A stretch of 32,025 nucleotides of DNA from positions 1-32,025 of the IMG/VR virus record IMGVR_UViG_3300042470_000626; one strand, written 5' to 3'. Positions within the stretch are counted from its first letter, which is position 1; each line of letters opens with the position of its first letter. Below, piece by piece: positions 1 through 7,763 of the stretch. This DNA comes from a virus (Duplodnaviria; Caudoviricetes). The notes under the pieces were generated by a model. It made no database searches. It saw only the letters and a program-made list of their open reading frames with translations, and had not been told where the DNA came from. Both the position numbers and the translations under genes were made by a program.

Positions 1-187
1 ACGGCTCGCCGCCTGCCTTTGCGATCAGGCCGATAGTGTCTAGCCGCGTCTCGCGCTTCTCAATCTGCCACCGCATCCAGTCGATGAGGCTGCCATGCTG
101 CCTGTTCATGGCATTGCAAAAAAACTTCTGCGAGTCGCGCAGCCCCGAGATAAGGTTGTCTCGCCGCTTAATTGCGTTGTAGAGCAT
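1..187 (-). CDS. Hypothetical protein, runs off the window start (MLYNAIKRRDNLISGLRDSQKFF...)
   Basis: Hand translation: ATG at 187 with AGGAG upstream; frame stays open to position 1; continues the minus-strand gene run. Confidence 0.55.
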   Translation of the reverse strand, partial: MLYNAIKRRDNLISGLRDSQKFFCNAMNRQHGSLIDWMRWQIEKRETRLDTIGLIAKAGGEP

Positions 188-419
188 TTCGATTCTCCTG
201 TTGTGTCATCCCGCAAACCACAGAACCACGCGATGCAGCGGACTGCGCCGCTGATCGCTGGCTGGTCGGCCCCGCCTCGCATACATCAGCGACGGCGTCG
301 TCAGGAATCACCCAGCCAAGGCGAGTGTCCAGCCACACGCCGTCGCGCGTGAATCCGTAGCACAGCGGCCCCTCCGGGGCATGAGTCGCTGCCGAGTCCT
401 GCGGTGTTGAATCACTCAT
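168..419 (-). CDS. Small hypothetical phage protein (MSDSTPQDSAATHAP...)
   Basis: C-terminal part of ORF 168..725; ATG at 419 overlaps the end of the upstream gene. Confidence 0.5.
   Translation of the reverse strand: MSDSTPQDSAATHAPEGPLCYGFTRDGVWLDTRLGWVIPDDAVADVCEAGPTSQRSAAQSAASRGSVVCGMTQQENRNALQRN
220..268 (+). other. Degenerate integron attC-like hairpin
   Basis: CAGAAC-CAC-GCGAT-g-CAGCGG-actgcg-CCGCTG-ATCGC-TGG: an AAC box, an imperfect stem with one extrahelical base and a short loop; the R' GTT box is missing. Confidence 0.4.
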
Positions 420-633
420 GCGATGCCCCTGATCCTGCGTGTCGGTGCAGCAGTCCCCGCAGCGTGTCGGCTCGCCCATACGCAGTCGCCGCCTCGTCGT
501 CCGCAACGCACGCCGCGATTGCCTCTCGCTCCGCGTCGGTGAGCCGCAGGCGTTCGATCTCTGACTCCAGTTTCGCGACCTGGATCGCGCCGCTGGCGAC
601 AGCGTGCCGCAGCCAGTCGGCGGCGTCAGCCAT
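412..633 (-). CDS. Small protein with 'RLTDAEREAI...TLRGLL' module
   Basis: ATG at 633 preceded by AGGAGG; shares its C-terminal module with two neighbouring ORFs. Confidence 0.7.
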   Translation of the reverse strand: MADAADWLRHAVASGAIQVAKLESEIERLRLTDAEREAIAACVADDEAATAYGRADTLRGLLHRHAGSGASHE

Positions 634-763
634 TGGTTCCTCCTGTCCGTTCCAGCAGCCCTCGCAGCGTGGCGGCATTTCTTCCGGGTACACCATCGCT
701 GCTGTAGCCGTAGTTGGCGAACCACCCAATCGCCTCCCGCTCCGCGTCGGTGAGCCGCAGGCG
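521..763. repeat. 32-bp direct repeat (521-552 and 732-763, 31/32 identical), with a weaker third copy at about 929-949
   Basis: GCCTCYCGCTCCGCGTCGGTGAGCCGCAGGCG occurs twice and encodes RLRLTDAEREA. Confidence 0.9.
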
Positions 764-850
764 CTCCACCTCCGCGTGCGCCGCCTGGAGTCGCAGCCTC
801 GCCACCTCGGCGTCACCACGCAGATCCTCTTGAATGATCTGGTCGCTCAT
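626..850 (-). CDS. Small protein with 'RLTDAEREAI...TLRGLLERT' module
   Basis: ATG at 850 overlaps the upstream stop (ATGA); GGAG upstream. Confidence 0.7.
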   Translation of the reverse strand: MSDQIIQEDLRGDAEVARLRLQAAHAEVERLRLTDAEREAIGWFANYGYSSDGVPGRNAATLRGLLERTGGTNG

Positions 851-1209
851 TTCGTCCGCTCCAGTAGCGGGCGGAGCGCGGCGGCATATCGCTCTGGCAG
901 TCCGTAGTGGGCAAACCACTGGACGGCCGCACGCTCATCGTCGGTGAGCGTGAACGGCGTCAGCGAACAGTGCAGCGTGGTACGGCCAACAACGTAGGGG
1001 CAAGTCTGCGGCTGGCGGTAGAGCGGGACGATCTCTTGGTCATGGCTTGCATCATCGCGGGCATCAGCCTCGCACTCAAAAACCTCTTCAACGCCCTTTC
1101 CGTTCGGATACATCACCGCCCACGCCACCGGCTCCTGTCGCTGTTCTGTCGCTTTGGCGACAGATTTTTGTGGCGTGTTGCTGTCGGCAACACGTTTGCG
1201 GTCTGTCAT
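847..1209 (-). CDS. Small protein: 'EPVAW...IVPLY' module plus 'LTDDERAAV...LRPLLERT' module
   Basis: ATG at 1209 in an ATGA overlap; the EPVAW/PLY motif is common in small phage proteins. Confidence 0.7.
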   Translation of the reverse strand: MTDRKRVADSNTPQKSVAKATEQRQEPVAWAVMYPNGKGVEEVFECEADARDDASHDQEIVPLYRQPQTCPYVVGRTTLHCSLTPFTLTDDERAAVQWFAHYGLPERYAAALRPLLERTK

Positions 1210-1586
1210 AGCCCAAGCACCTTTCTCTCGGCCTTCGTCAACTTCGCCAGCGCCTTCTTCCTGTCGGCGGCTTTCTGCTTTTCCTCGGCTTCGCGCTTCT
1301 TGCGCTTCGCGTCGGCGATCTTGTGATCCCTGGCCCAGACTTGCAGTTCCAGGGAGTATTTCGACAGGTCTTTGACCTTGCTGATTCGCCCGCACAGTTC
1401 TGCCGTCAGTTCGTCCGCAAACACACGATCCAGCCGCTGACTGTAGGCGCGCTTGTCATAGCCGTCCCAGCCGCCGGACTTTGGGTTCGGCGGCCCCTTG
1501 CCGTCCAACTCGTCGAGCAGAAGCAGAATGCGGCTGCACTCGACTTCCAAGCCCGTCGAGCGCAGATGGTCACTGTTGCACGGCAT
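1206..1586 (-). CDS. Hypothetical protein (MPCNSDHL...), Lys-rich helical C-terminus
   Basis: ATG at 1586 with GGAGGAGG upstream; tiles with its neighbours. Confidence 0.75.
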   Translation of the reverse strand: MPCNSDHLRSTGLEVECSRILLLLDELDGKGPPNPKSGGWDGYDKRAYSQRLDRVFADELTAELCGRISKVKDLSKYSLELQVWARDHKIADAKRKKREAEEKQKAADRKKALAKLTKAERKVLGL

Positions 1587-1872
1587 CGACAGCCTCCTCC
1601 AGGCTCGCAACCGCCCGATCATCCACGACGATGTCCGCGACCGGCTTGCCCATCACCAACTGGTCATAAGGGATGCTGCGTTCAAACAGCCACTGCTCCG
1701 TCATCGCCAACTCCGACCACGATCTGGCGGTGTGGATGATGATCCTGTAGCCGGCCGTCCGCAGGCTCTCGAGCATCTCGCGGGCGTCTGGCAACTCCTT
1801 CGCCAGCGACCGCTCGAACGTCGGCCGCTCCTCACAGATCACGCCGTCCAGGTCAATGACCGCCGTCTTCAT
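1570..1872 (-). CDS. Capless HAD-family phosphatase (capsule biosynthesis EcbF/BcbF-like)
   Basis: Motif I DLDGVIC, motif II IHTAR, then GKP and DD motifs; ATG at 1872 coupled to the upstream stop. Confidence 0.85.
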   Translation of the reverse strand: MKTAVIDLDGVICEERPTFERSLAKELPDAREMLESLRTAGYRIIIHTARSWSELAMTEQWLFERSIPYDQLVMGKPVADIVVDDRAVASLEEAVDAVQQ

Positions 1873-2420
1873 GGCTTCACCACATACACCACCGGGCCTT
1901 CGATCACCACCTGCGCGTGGCCGATGAAGAACTCGTCCACCGCAGCCTTCGCGCCGGGGCAGCAGTCTTCGCCGTAATCGTCGAACACGAGGAGGCCGCC
2001 GGGGACAACTTGCTCGTAGAGGAAGTCCAGGCACGCGGCGTAGGACTCGTAGTTGTCGACGTCCAGATGGACGAACCGCAGGCGGCGGCCGGCGAGAACG
2101 TGGCCCGTCTCGGTAGGGAAGACGCCGGGGTAGACGCTCACCCGCTTGTCGCCGTAGAACATATCCATGACCGCCACGGCGCTCGTGTCACTGAACGAGC
2201 CAACGCCCCACCTCCCGTCCAGCGTCGGGTCGTGATTCGGCATTCCCGTGAACGTGTCGAACAGGAAGACCTTTGACTGTCCGGCGTTGTCGACGATTGC
2301 TCGAGCGCTGCCCCCCTTGTAGACGCCGACCTCAACGATGTCGCCGTCGAGTGTGTCCGTCGACTCGAGGAGTGCCACGAGGCAGTCGAGCTTGTAGGCG
2401 TCAATCAGCGACTCACTCAT
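1869..2420 (-). CDS. TylF/MycF/NovP-family (macrocin-type) O-methyltransferase
   Basis: GDIVEVGVYKGGS, FDTFTGMP, HLDVDNYES, GGLLVFDDYG and PGAKAAVDEF motifs; ATG at 2420. Confidence 0.9.
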   Translation of the reverse strand: MSESLIDAYKLDCLVALLESTDTLDGDIVEVGVYKGGSARAIVDNAGQSKVFLFDTFTGMPNHDPTLDGRWGVGSFSDTSAVAVMDMFYGDKRVSVYPGVFPTETGHVLAGRRLRFVHLDVDNYESYAACLDFLYEQVVPGGLLVFDDYGEDCCPGAKAAVDEFFIGHAQVVIEGPVVYVVKP

Positions 2421-3286
2421 CGAAAACTCTCCGCGTGGTATCGCCGCATTGTCAGCGGCGCGATCTTCCAGGGCGGGCCGTCCACGTTGTGGCCGAGGGC
2501 CAGGGCCACCAGCGGCAGGCCGGCGGCGATCGACAGGACGCTGCCGCCGCCGAAACGTGGGTTGACCTCGATGATCTTCCCGCCCTTGAACTGCACGTTC
2601 GCCGGCCCGACGACGCCTAAGTCCGCACACACCGCCGCGGCGTCGATCAGGTAGTTCACCGACGCCTCGGGAGCGAGCACCGTCGACTCGATGACCTCGC
2701 CGCCCTCGACGCGGTCGCGGCTGCGGGCCACGGCGCCACGGCACTGGCCGGCGCCCAGGAACAGGTCGACCGACACCTCGTCGCCGTCTAGGTAGTCCTG
2801 GATCACCCACGACGCCGACATTTCGATTGTCTCGGGGCGGTGCAGCACCTTCGTCCCGCGGGAGCCGTGGCCGAACCTGGGCTTGGCGAACTTCGGATAC
2901 CGCGTCAACCGCGGGGCCGGGTAGACGTCGGGGTGGTGCTCCTTCATCCAGTTGGCGAAGTGGAGTTTGTCGTGGCAGAGCATCGCCACGGCGGCCGGCG
3001 AGCCGATGCACTGCTCCATGTCACCGCACACCACCGTGGCCTCGTCCATGAGCGGAACGATATGCGTGATCTTCCGGCGAGCGGCGAACTCGAGGATGTC
3101 GGGGCCGCACTCGGGGTCATCGAAGTCCATGCCTTCGACGATCTCCTTGGCAACGTCGGCCAAGGGGACGTCGATGCTCGACTCGTAGCCGTAGACGTCG
3201 GCGTTTCGGGCGATGAACTCATTCGCCAGAGACACCCGACGGCCACCGCCTACGAACAGGACGCGGCTTTTACGAGGCTTGCGCAT
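2417..3286 (-). CDS. ATP-grasp ligase (carbamoyl-phosphate-synthase-like family found in polysaccharide loci)
   Basis: VLFVGGGRRV N-terminus, then CHDK, KPRFGHGSRG, IQDYLDGDEVSVD and IIEVNPRFGGG motifs; ATG at 3286. Confidence 0.88.
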   Translation of the reverse strand: MRKPRKSRVLFVGGGRRVSLANEFIARNADVYGYESSIDVPLADVAKEIVEGMDFDDPECGPDILEFAARRKITHIVPLMDEATVVCGDMEQCIGSPAAVAMLCHDKLHFANWMKEHHPDVYPAPRLTRYPKFAKPRFGHGSRGTKVLHRPETIEMSASWVIQDYLDGDEVSVDLFLGAGQCRGAVARSRDRVEGGEVIESTVLAPEASVNYLIDAAAVCADLGVVGPANVQFKGGKIIEVNPRFGGGSVLSIAAGLPLVALALGHNVDGPPWKIAPLTMRRYHAESFR

Positions 3287-4347
3287 ACTTTCTCCACATC
3301 GTTCTCGGTCAGGCTGGTGTGCGTCGGCAGGACGAGGCCGTGCCGGTACAGCGCGGCGGCGACGAGCGTGCGGCCCGCTCTGCACTTCTCCTGCACATGC
3401 GGGAAGTGGCAGACGGGCGGGAAGATCGGCCGCGTCTCGATGCCGTCCTCGAGCATCAGCCGCTCGACGCGACGGGGGTCGAGGCTGCGGCCGTATCCCC
3501 CCACCACCGCGAACGCCCAGTAGCCGTGGGTGTCGTCCTTCGCCACCGCCTGCCGGCGGAACTCGTCGGGCAGGCGGGCGTTGTACCACTCAAACACCTG
3601 CCGCCGCTTCGCCAGGAACTCTGGGAGCCGCGCCAACTGCGCCACGCCGATGGCGGCCTGCACCTCGGTCATCCGGTAGTTCCAGCCCAGCGCGTCGTGG
3701 ACGTACCGGGTCGGCGTCATCGCCTGGCCGGCGAGGTGGGCGATCCGCTCCGCGAAGAGCTTATCCTGCGTGCCGACGGCGCCGCCCTCGCCGGTCGTGA
3801 TCGTCTTCGACCCGTAGAACGAGTAGCAGTTCATGTCCGCAGCCGGCGCCCAGCCGCTGCGGAGGCACCCGATGCTTTCGGCGCAGTCCTCGATGATGAC
3901 GATCCGCCGGCCCGTCGAGCGGTAGTAGTCGACCTTCCAGTCGTTCAGCGAGGGCGCCGGCACGCCGTACAGATGCACTGGGATGATCGCCTTCGTCTTC
4001 TCCGTCACGGCGCGGGCCATCTCGTCCAGGTCGATCGTCCACGACCTCGGATCGACGTCCACCACCACCGGCTTCGCGCCGCAGTAGAGCACCGCGTTCA
4101 CCGTCGCCACGAACGTCGTCGCTGGGACGATGACTTCGTCGCCACGACCGACGCCGGCCGCCAGGAGGGCCAGGTGCAGGGCGGCCGTCCCGCTCGAGAC
4201 GGCGTGCATATAGAGGCCGTTGATGCCGCCGAAGAACCGCTCAAACTCGGCCACGACTGGGCCGCGAGTCAGTTGCCCACCGCGCAGCACCTCAAGCACC
4301 GCGGACTCCTCCGCGACGCCGATGTCAGGTTGCCCGCAGTAGATCAC
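3250..4347 (-). CDS. DegT/DnrJ/EryC1/StrS PLP-dependent sugar aminotransferase (perosamine synthase-like)
   Basis: SSGTAALHLAL, PATTFVAT, VHLYG, EDCAE, SFYGSKTITTGEGG (PLP lysine) and GWNYRM motifs. Confidence 0.95.
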   Translation of the reverse strand: MIYCGQPDIGVAEESAVLEVLRGGQLTRGPVVAEFERFFGGINGLYMHAVSSGTAALHLALLAAGVGRGDEVIVPATTFVATVNAVLYCGAKPVVVDVDPRSWTIDLDEMARAVTEKTKAIIPVHLYGVPAPSLNDWKVDYYRSTGRRIVIIEDCAESIGCLRSGWAPAADMNCYSFYGSKTITTGEGGAVGTQDKLFAERIAHLAGQAMTPTRYVHDALGWNYRMTEVQAAIGVAQLARLPEFLAKRRQVFEWYNARLPDEFRRQAVAKDDTHGYWAFAVVGGYGRSLDPRRVERLMLEDGIETRPIFPPVCHFPHVQEKCRAGRTLVAAALYRHGLVLPTHTSLTENDVEKVCASLVKAASCS

Positions 4348-4634
4348 TTGATACCCTCAAGAAACTCGATGGCGTCACCGGCACTCGTCACCACCGCCAC
4401 CGGGCAGCCCGCCGCCGCCAACTCCCGCATCCGGTGCTCCTGAATCCTCGTCGGACTCTCGCCCGGCCGCTTCACTTCCATCCACGCCGCACGACCGCCC
4501 TTGATCACGAGAACATCCGGCAGGCCGGCAACGCCGAACGCACTGCCGTGCGTCTTCATTGCCCACCAGCCCCGCTGCCTTGCGGCAGCGATGACTTTCG
4601 CGACGATCGTCTTCTCGAGCGGCCGGTGCGCCAT
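4344..4634 (-). CDS. VRR-NUC domain nuclease (PD-(D/E)xK; putative junction resolvase)
   Basis: LEK..., GLPDVL, WMEVKRPG and Q motifs typical of stand-alone phage VRR-NUC proteins. Confidence 0.88.
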   Translation of the reverse strand: MAHRPLEKTIVAKVIAAARQRGWWAMKTHGSAFGVAGLPDVLVIKGGRAAWMEVKRPGESPTRIQEHRMRELAAAGCPVAVVTSAGDAIEFLEGIK

Positions 4635-4661
4635 CCATAGATTCTCTGTGCCTGTAGGGTT

Positions 4662-5009
4662 CTAGTCCACAGCGATTTCCAGGAACGCGCAGCCGCGTCC
4701 ATCGAAGGCGTAGGCCGGCAGGCTCCACCGCCGCTGACGGGGGCCGACGCGACGACGCTCCTCCTCGCCCTCGGGCCACGAGGCGCGAATCTCGGCACAG
4801 CGCTGCTCGATCTCCTCGGGACTCGGCGCGTCGCGCTCCGTCACGCTGGGGACGCGGCTGCCTTTGCCACGGGCAGGGAGCTTGAACCGCTGCCGCAGAT
4901 ACCAGAGCGTGCCACGCGGGACGCCGAGGGCATCGGCGAGTTCGTCGTTGCGGAGCGGCGAGTTCCAGAGGCGGAACAGTTCCAGCGTGTTGACCTTAAC
5001 CTTGATCAT
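4662..5009 (-). CDS. Hypothetical protein with an N-terminal HTH-like segment
   Basis: DELADALGVPRGTLWYLR pattern; AAGGAG ribosome-binding site; ATGA overlap. Confidence 0.7.
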   Translation of the reverse strand: MIKVKVNTLELFRLWNSPLRNDELADALGVPRGTLWYLRQRFKLPARGKGSRVPSVTERDAPSPEEIEQRCAEIRASWPEGEEERRRVGPRQRRWSLPAYAFDGRGCAFLEIAVD

Positions 5010-5242
5010 TTTCTCACTCCTTCGAGAGAACCAGGGAAGAACCGAAACGCGACACCCAGGCCAACGAGGCCGAAGGCGTTTTTTGTAGTCAGCGGCGGCA
5101 GGCCAAAGACGTCAGGGATGACCATGTTCCAGGCCGTCCTCGTCGCCAGCGCAATGGCGACCAGGAAGATCGCGCCGAACAGCACGAAGCCGAAGGCCGC
5201 AAATGCGAACGCCGCGATCTCTTCCTGGTCTTTTGCCTTCAT
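5006..5242 (-). CDS. Small membrane protein
   Basis: 78 aa with one long and one shorter hydrophobic segment. Confidence 0.7.
   Translation of the reverse strand: MKAKDQEEIAAFAFAAFGFVLFGAIFLVAIALATRTAWNMVIPDVFGLPPLTTKNAFGLVGLGVAFRFFPGSLEGVRK
5012..5027 (-). promoter_or_regulatory. ANGGAN-hexaloop RBS hairpin (CsrA-type site)
   Basis: TCTCG-AAGGAG-TGAGA (5 bp, one G-U) just before the ATG at 5009. Confidence 0.5.
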
Positions 5243-5245
5243 GTC

Positions 5246-5527
5246 TCACCAGTACCGGATGACCGCGTAGAAGCCACGGCGGCCCTTGGCGACGCCGATC
5301 TCGCGCGGCGTCAACTGGCCGTGGTAGCAGCAGCGCTTCACGGCATCGCTCGCCGACACCGTCGAGAAACCGATGCCCTCGCGACAGCGGCCGTGCCGGC
5401 CACGGTGGCCGAAGACGCCGGTGCGGGCCATCTCCTCGGCCTCGACCTGGGCGGGGACGATGATCACGGTCTGGGCGTTCGCCACGCCGCAGAAGGCCAG
5501 GGCCGCCAGAAGGATGATGCTCTTCAC
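5246..5527 (-). CDS. Secreted small protein, CAP/SCP-like mini-domain
   Basis: Signal peptide (KSIILLAALAFCGVANA/Q), then AEEMAR..GH, EGIG, CC and IGVA..FYAV pattern; GTG at 5527. Confidence 0.6.
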   Translation of the reverse strand: MKSIILLAALAFCGVANAQTVIIVPAQVEAEEMARTGVFGHRGRHGRCREGIGFSTVSASDAVKRCCYHGQLTPREIGVAKGRRGFYAVIRYW

Positions 5528-5567
5528 GGGTAGATGCTCCGAAGGAAGGGTCGAACCAACGGCAGGC

Positions 5568-5596
5568 AATATCGCGGAGTGTAGGCTACGAGTCAA
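5568..5596 (-). promoter_or_regulatory. Sigma70-like promoter with the palindrome GTAGCCTAC in its spacer
   Basis: TTGACT-17 nt-GATATT upstream of the gene starting at 5527. Confidence 0.5.
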
Positions 5597-5798
5597 CAGC
5601 ACTTTCGACGAACTTCGCGAGTGCCTTGGAGTACGCGCCGATCGACTCCTTGACCATCAGCAGCGCAAAGGACAGCCCAGTTCCGCCAAGCTCTCTCGAC
5701 GTAGCCGCAACGGACTCGCACATCTCCTGGATGTCGCGGAGGCAGTGCTGCGACCGCACCAGCGATGCCATCATCTCGATTCGGTCGTCGTCGGTCAC
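5586..5798 (-). CDS. Hypothetical protein
   Basis: GTG at 5798 in a GTGA overlap with the upstream stop; GGAG upstream. Confidence 0.65.
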   Translation of the reverse strand: MTDDDRIEMMASLVRSQHCLRDIQEMCESVAATSRELGGTGLSFALLMVKESIGAYSKALAKFVESAVDS

Positions 5799-6067
5799 AC
5801 ATTGCGCTCCGGCGGCTGCTTCGGCATCGGCATCCAATACTGCGGGCCGTCGACCGCGTTATTCTCGCGGCAGATTTTGTAGGTGCCGACGCTGGTGTTC
5901 GGATACCACCAGCCTTCGCCAGTCTGGTCGATGGCTCCGATGTTGATGTCGAAGCCGTCGTCCCACCATGCGTTTCGCACGAACCACACGCCGGCAGACC
6001 ACCAGCCAACGAGGATGTCTGTGCCGTCTTTTGGTGCGGTGTCGATTGGCTGCCAGATGCTTTCCAT
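5795..6067 (-). CDS. DUF551-like phage protein
   Basis: WQPIDTAPKDGTDIL ... YWMPMPKQP signature. Confidence 0.8.
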   Translation of the reverse strand: MESIWQPIDTAPKDGTDILVGWWSAGVWFVRNAWWDDGFDINIGAIDQTGEGWWYPNTSVGTYKICRENNAVDGPQYWMPMPKQPPERNV

Positions 6068-6246
6068 CACTTCACCCCCAGCGGCTTCCCGCACCAGTAG
6101 CAGGCGTGGTTGCAATGCACGGCCCCGGCACGAAGGGCAGACCAGTAGCCTATGACGAAGAGGCACGCGATGGCAAGCAGCACGGCCGGCAAGGCGTCAT
6201 GCGATACGCGGAACTTGTCGTTCGGTGGTGGTTCGGGTCGCTTCAT
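6067..6246 (-). CDS. Small membrane protein with C-terminal Cys/His motif
   Basis: ATG at 6246 (TGATG coupling); one hydrophobic segment followed by HCNHACYWC. Confidence 0.6.
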   Translation of the reverse strand: MKRPEPPPNDKFRVSHDALPAVLLAIACLFVIGYWSALRAGAVHCNHACYWCGKPLGVK

Positions 6247-6680
6247 CACACGCGGCTCCACTTCGTCTCGACGACGTCCTGTTTCGCGAACAGCGTCGGG
6301 TGGAAGCCGGCACGGCGGGCCACGAGGAGCATGTGCGGGTGGAAGACCGCGACACCCATGCCGCTCCAGCATGGCGAAGTCGCCGCAAGCCCCGCCGCAG
6401 CGAATGCGGCGACGCCTCGCATTCGATGGCTCGTTGCCACGAACGCCTCCAGCGTGTCCCAGTTCACCTCGCCGCCGGCTCCGTCGTCACCTTCAGTCCA
6501 CATTTCCGTCCTGGCCCAGCCAACGATCTCGCCCTGGTCCCGCACGATGGCGATCTCGCCGGGGCGGCGGCCGGCGAGCAAGGCCCGCTGGAAGTCGCTG
6601 TCCGGCTTCGTCAGGTGCCTGACGATGTAGGAGATGTCGATGGCGTCGAGGCCGGCGAGAGGGAGGATGGTGCAGTTCAC
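6246..6680 (-). CDS. GNAT-fold-like protein
   Basis: EIVGWA beta strand and FVATSHRMRGVA, resembling acetyl-CoA-binding motif A. Confidence 0.55.
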   Translation of the reverse strand: MNCTILPLAGLDAIDISYIVRHLTKPDSDFQRALLAGRRPGEIAIVRDQGEIVGWARTEMWTEGDDGAGGEVNWDTLEAFVATSHRMRGVAAFAAAGLAATSPCWSGMGVAVFHPHMLLVARRAGFHPTLFAKQDVVETKWSRV

Positions 6681-6931
6681 TTCTCAAACCTCACATACAG
6701 CGGCCCGTTCTCGCCGACGTAGGCGCCGAGGGTGTTGAACGACAGAAACTCGTCGGCCTCCTCGGGCGTCATGCCGTCACGCTCGACGAGAACTTCAATG
6801 CACTTGTCGATGTTATAGACGGCCACGATCGGGTGGTGGTGGTTCACGGTGTAGCCAACCAGGGCCGCCTCAAGGCCGTCGGCTGTGAGGGCGTCGGGGT
6901 TGAGTTCGGCGAGAGCTTCGAGCGTCGTCAT
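6677..6931 (-). CDS. Conserved-type hypothetical phage protein
   Basis: ADGLEAALVG...AVY...GMTPEEADEFLSFNTLGAYVGENGP; overlaps its neighbours at both ends. Confidence 0.8.
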   Translation of the reverse strand: MTTLEALAELNPDALTADGLEAALVGYTVNHHHPIVAVYNIDKCIEVLVERDGMTPEEADEFLSFNTLGAYVGENGPLYVRFEK

Positions 6932-7662
6932 GCCGCCACCTCGCAGGCCGCCGCTATACGCTTCTCCGCGATCGCGGCGTAGTCAGGATTCAGTTCGCAC
7001 CCGACGCCGGCGCGGCCCAGCCGGGCGGCGACCGCCAGCGTCGTGCCGGAGCCGGCGAACGGGTCGAGCACCGTGTCGCCTGGATTGCTCGAGACGCGGA
7101 CGATCCGCTCGACCAACTCCTCGGGCAGTTGCGTCGGGACGCCGGCCACACGCTCGCGGAAGGTTCCGCAGACGCGGTTGATCTGCCAAACGTCGCCCAT
7201 GATCTTTCCGGCCGGGTTCGCGCGGCGGTCGCCGTACTTCTCCTGCCTGGCCGACGGCACAGTCACCGCCTCGGCGTTAAACGTGAAGTGCTTCGGGTCT
7301 TTGACGGCGTAGTAGATCGGCCGCGAGCACCGGCCGAACTTCTTGTGGCAGTAGACGCCAAACGTCTCGTGCCAGGTGATCCGGTTCCGCATCGTCAGGC
7401 CGCAATTACGCATCGCAATGTCGATGTCAGCGCCGTGCTCTTGGCCGCTGATGATCCACATCGACCCGTGCGGCTTGAGCGCCCGGTAGCACCAGTTGAT
7501 CCACCGCTCGCACCAGAGGTCATAGTCCTTGCGCCGGTCGGCCTTCGCGCCTGCCCCGTAGTCGATGCCGATGTTGTACGGCGGGTCGGTGATAACGAGG
7601 TCGACGCTGTCGCGCTCGAGCGTGGGGAGGACTTTCAGGCAGTCGCCGACGAGGATCGGCAT
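6928..7662 (-). CDS. Orphan N6-A/N4-C DNA methyltransferase (beta class)
   Basis: GDCL, TDPPYN catalytic motif, followed by the VLDPFAGSGTT SAM-binding motif. Confidence 0.95.
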   Translation of the reverse strand: MPILVGDCLKVLPTLERDSVDLVITDPPYNIGIDYGAGAKADRRKDYDLWCERWINWCYRALKPHGSMWIISGQEHGADIDIAMRNCGLTMRNRITWHETFGVYCHKKFGRCSRPIYYAVKDPKHFTFNAEAVTVPSARQEKYGDRRANPAGKIMGDVWQINRVCGTFRERVAGVPTQLPEELVERIVRVSSNPGDTVLDPFAGSGTTLAVAARLGRAGVGCELNPDYAAIAEKRIAAACEVAA

Positions 7663-7664
7663 CG

Positions 7665-7763
7665 TCAGTCCTCAAACCAAGTCGTGCAGTGCAGCAGCGA
7701 GAAGTACGTCAGCACGCCGGCCGCAGCGAGAACGCAGGAGACGTTGAGCCAGAGGTGGATCAT
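7665..7763 (-). CDS. 32-aa hydrophobic peptide (MIHLWLNVSCVLAAAGVLTYFSLLHCTTWFED)
   Basis: Hand-found; its ATG overlaps the csrA stop (ATGA) and it fills the gap up to the methyltransferase. Confidence 0.55.
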   Translation of the reverse strand: MIHLWLNVSCVLAAAGVLTYFSLLHCTTWFED

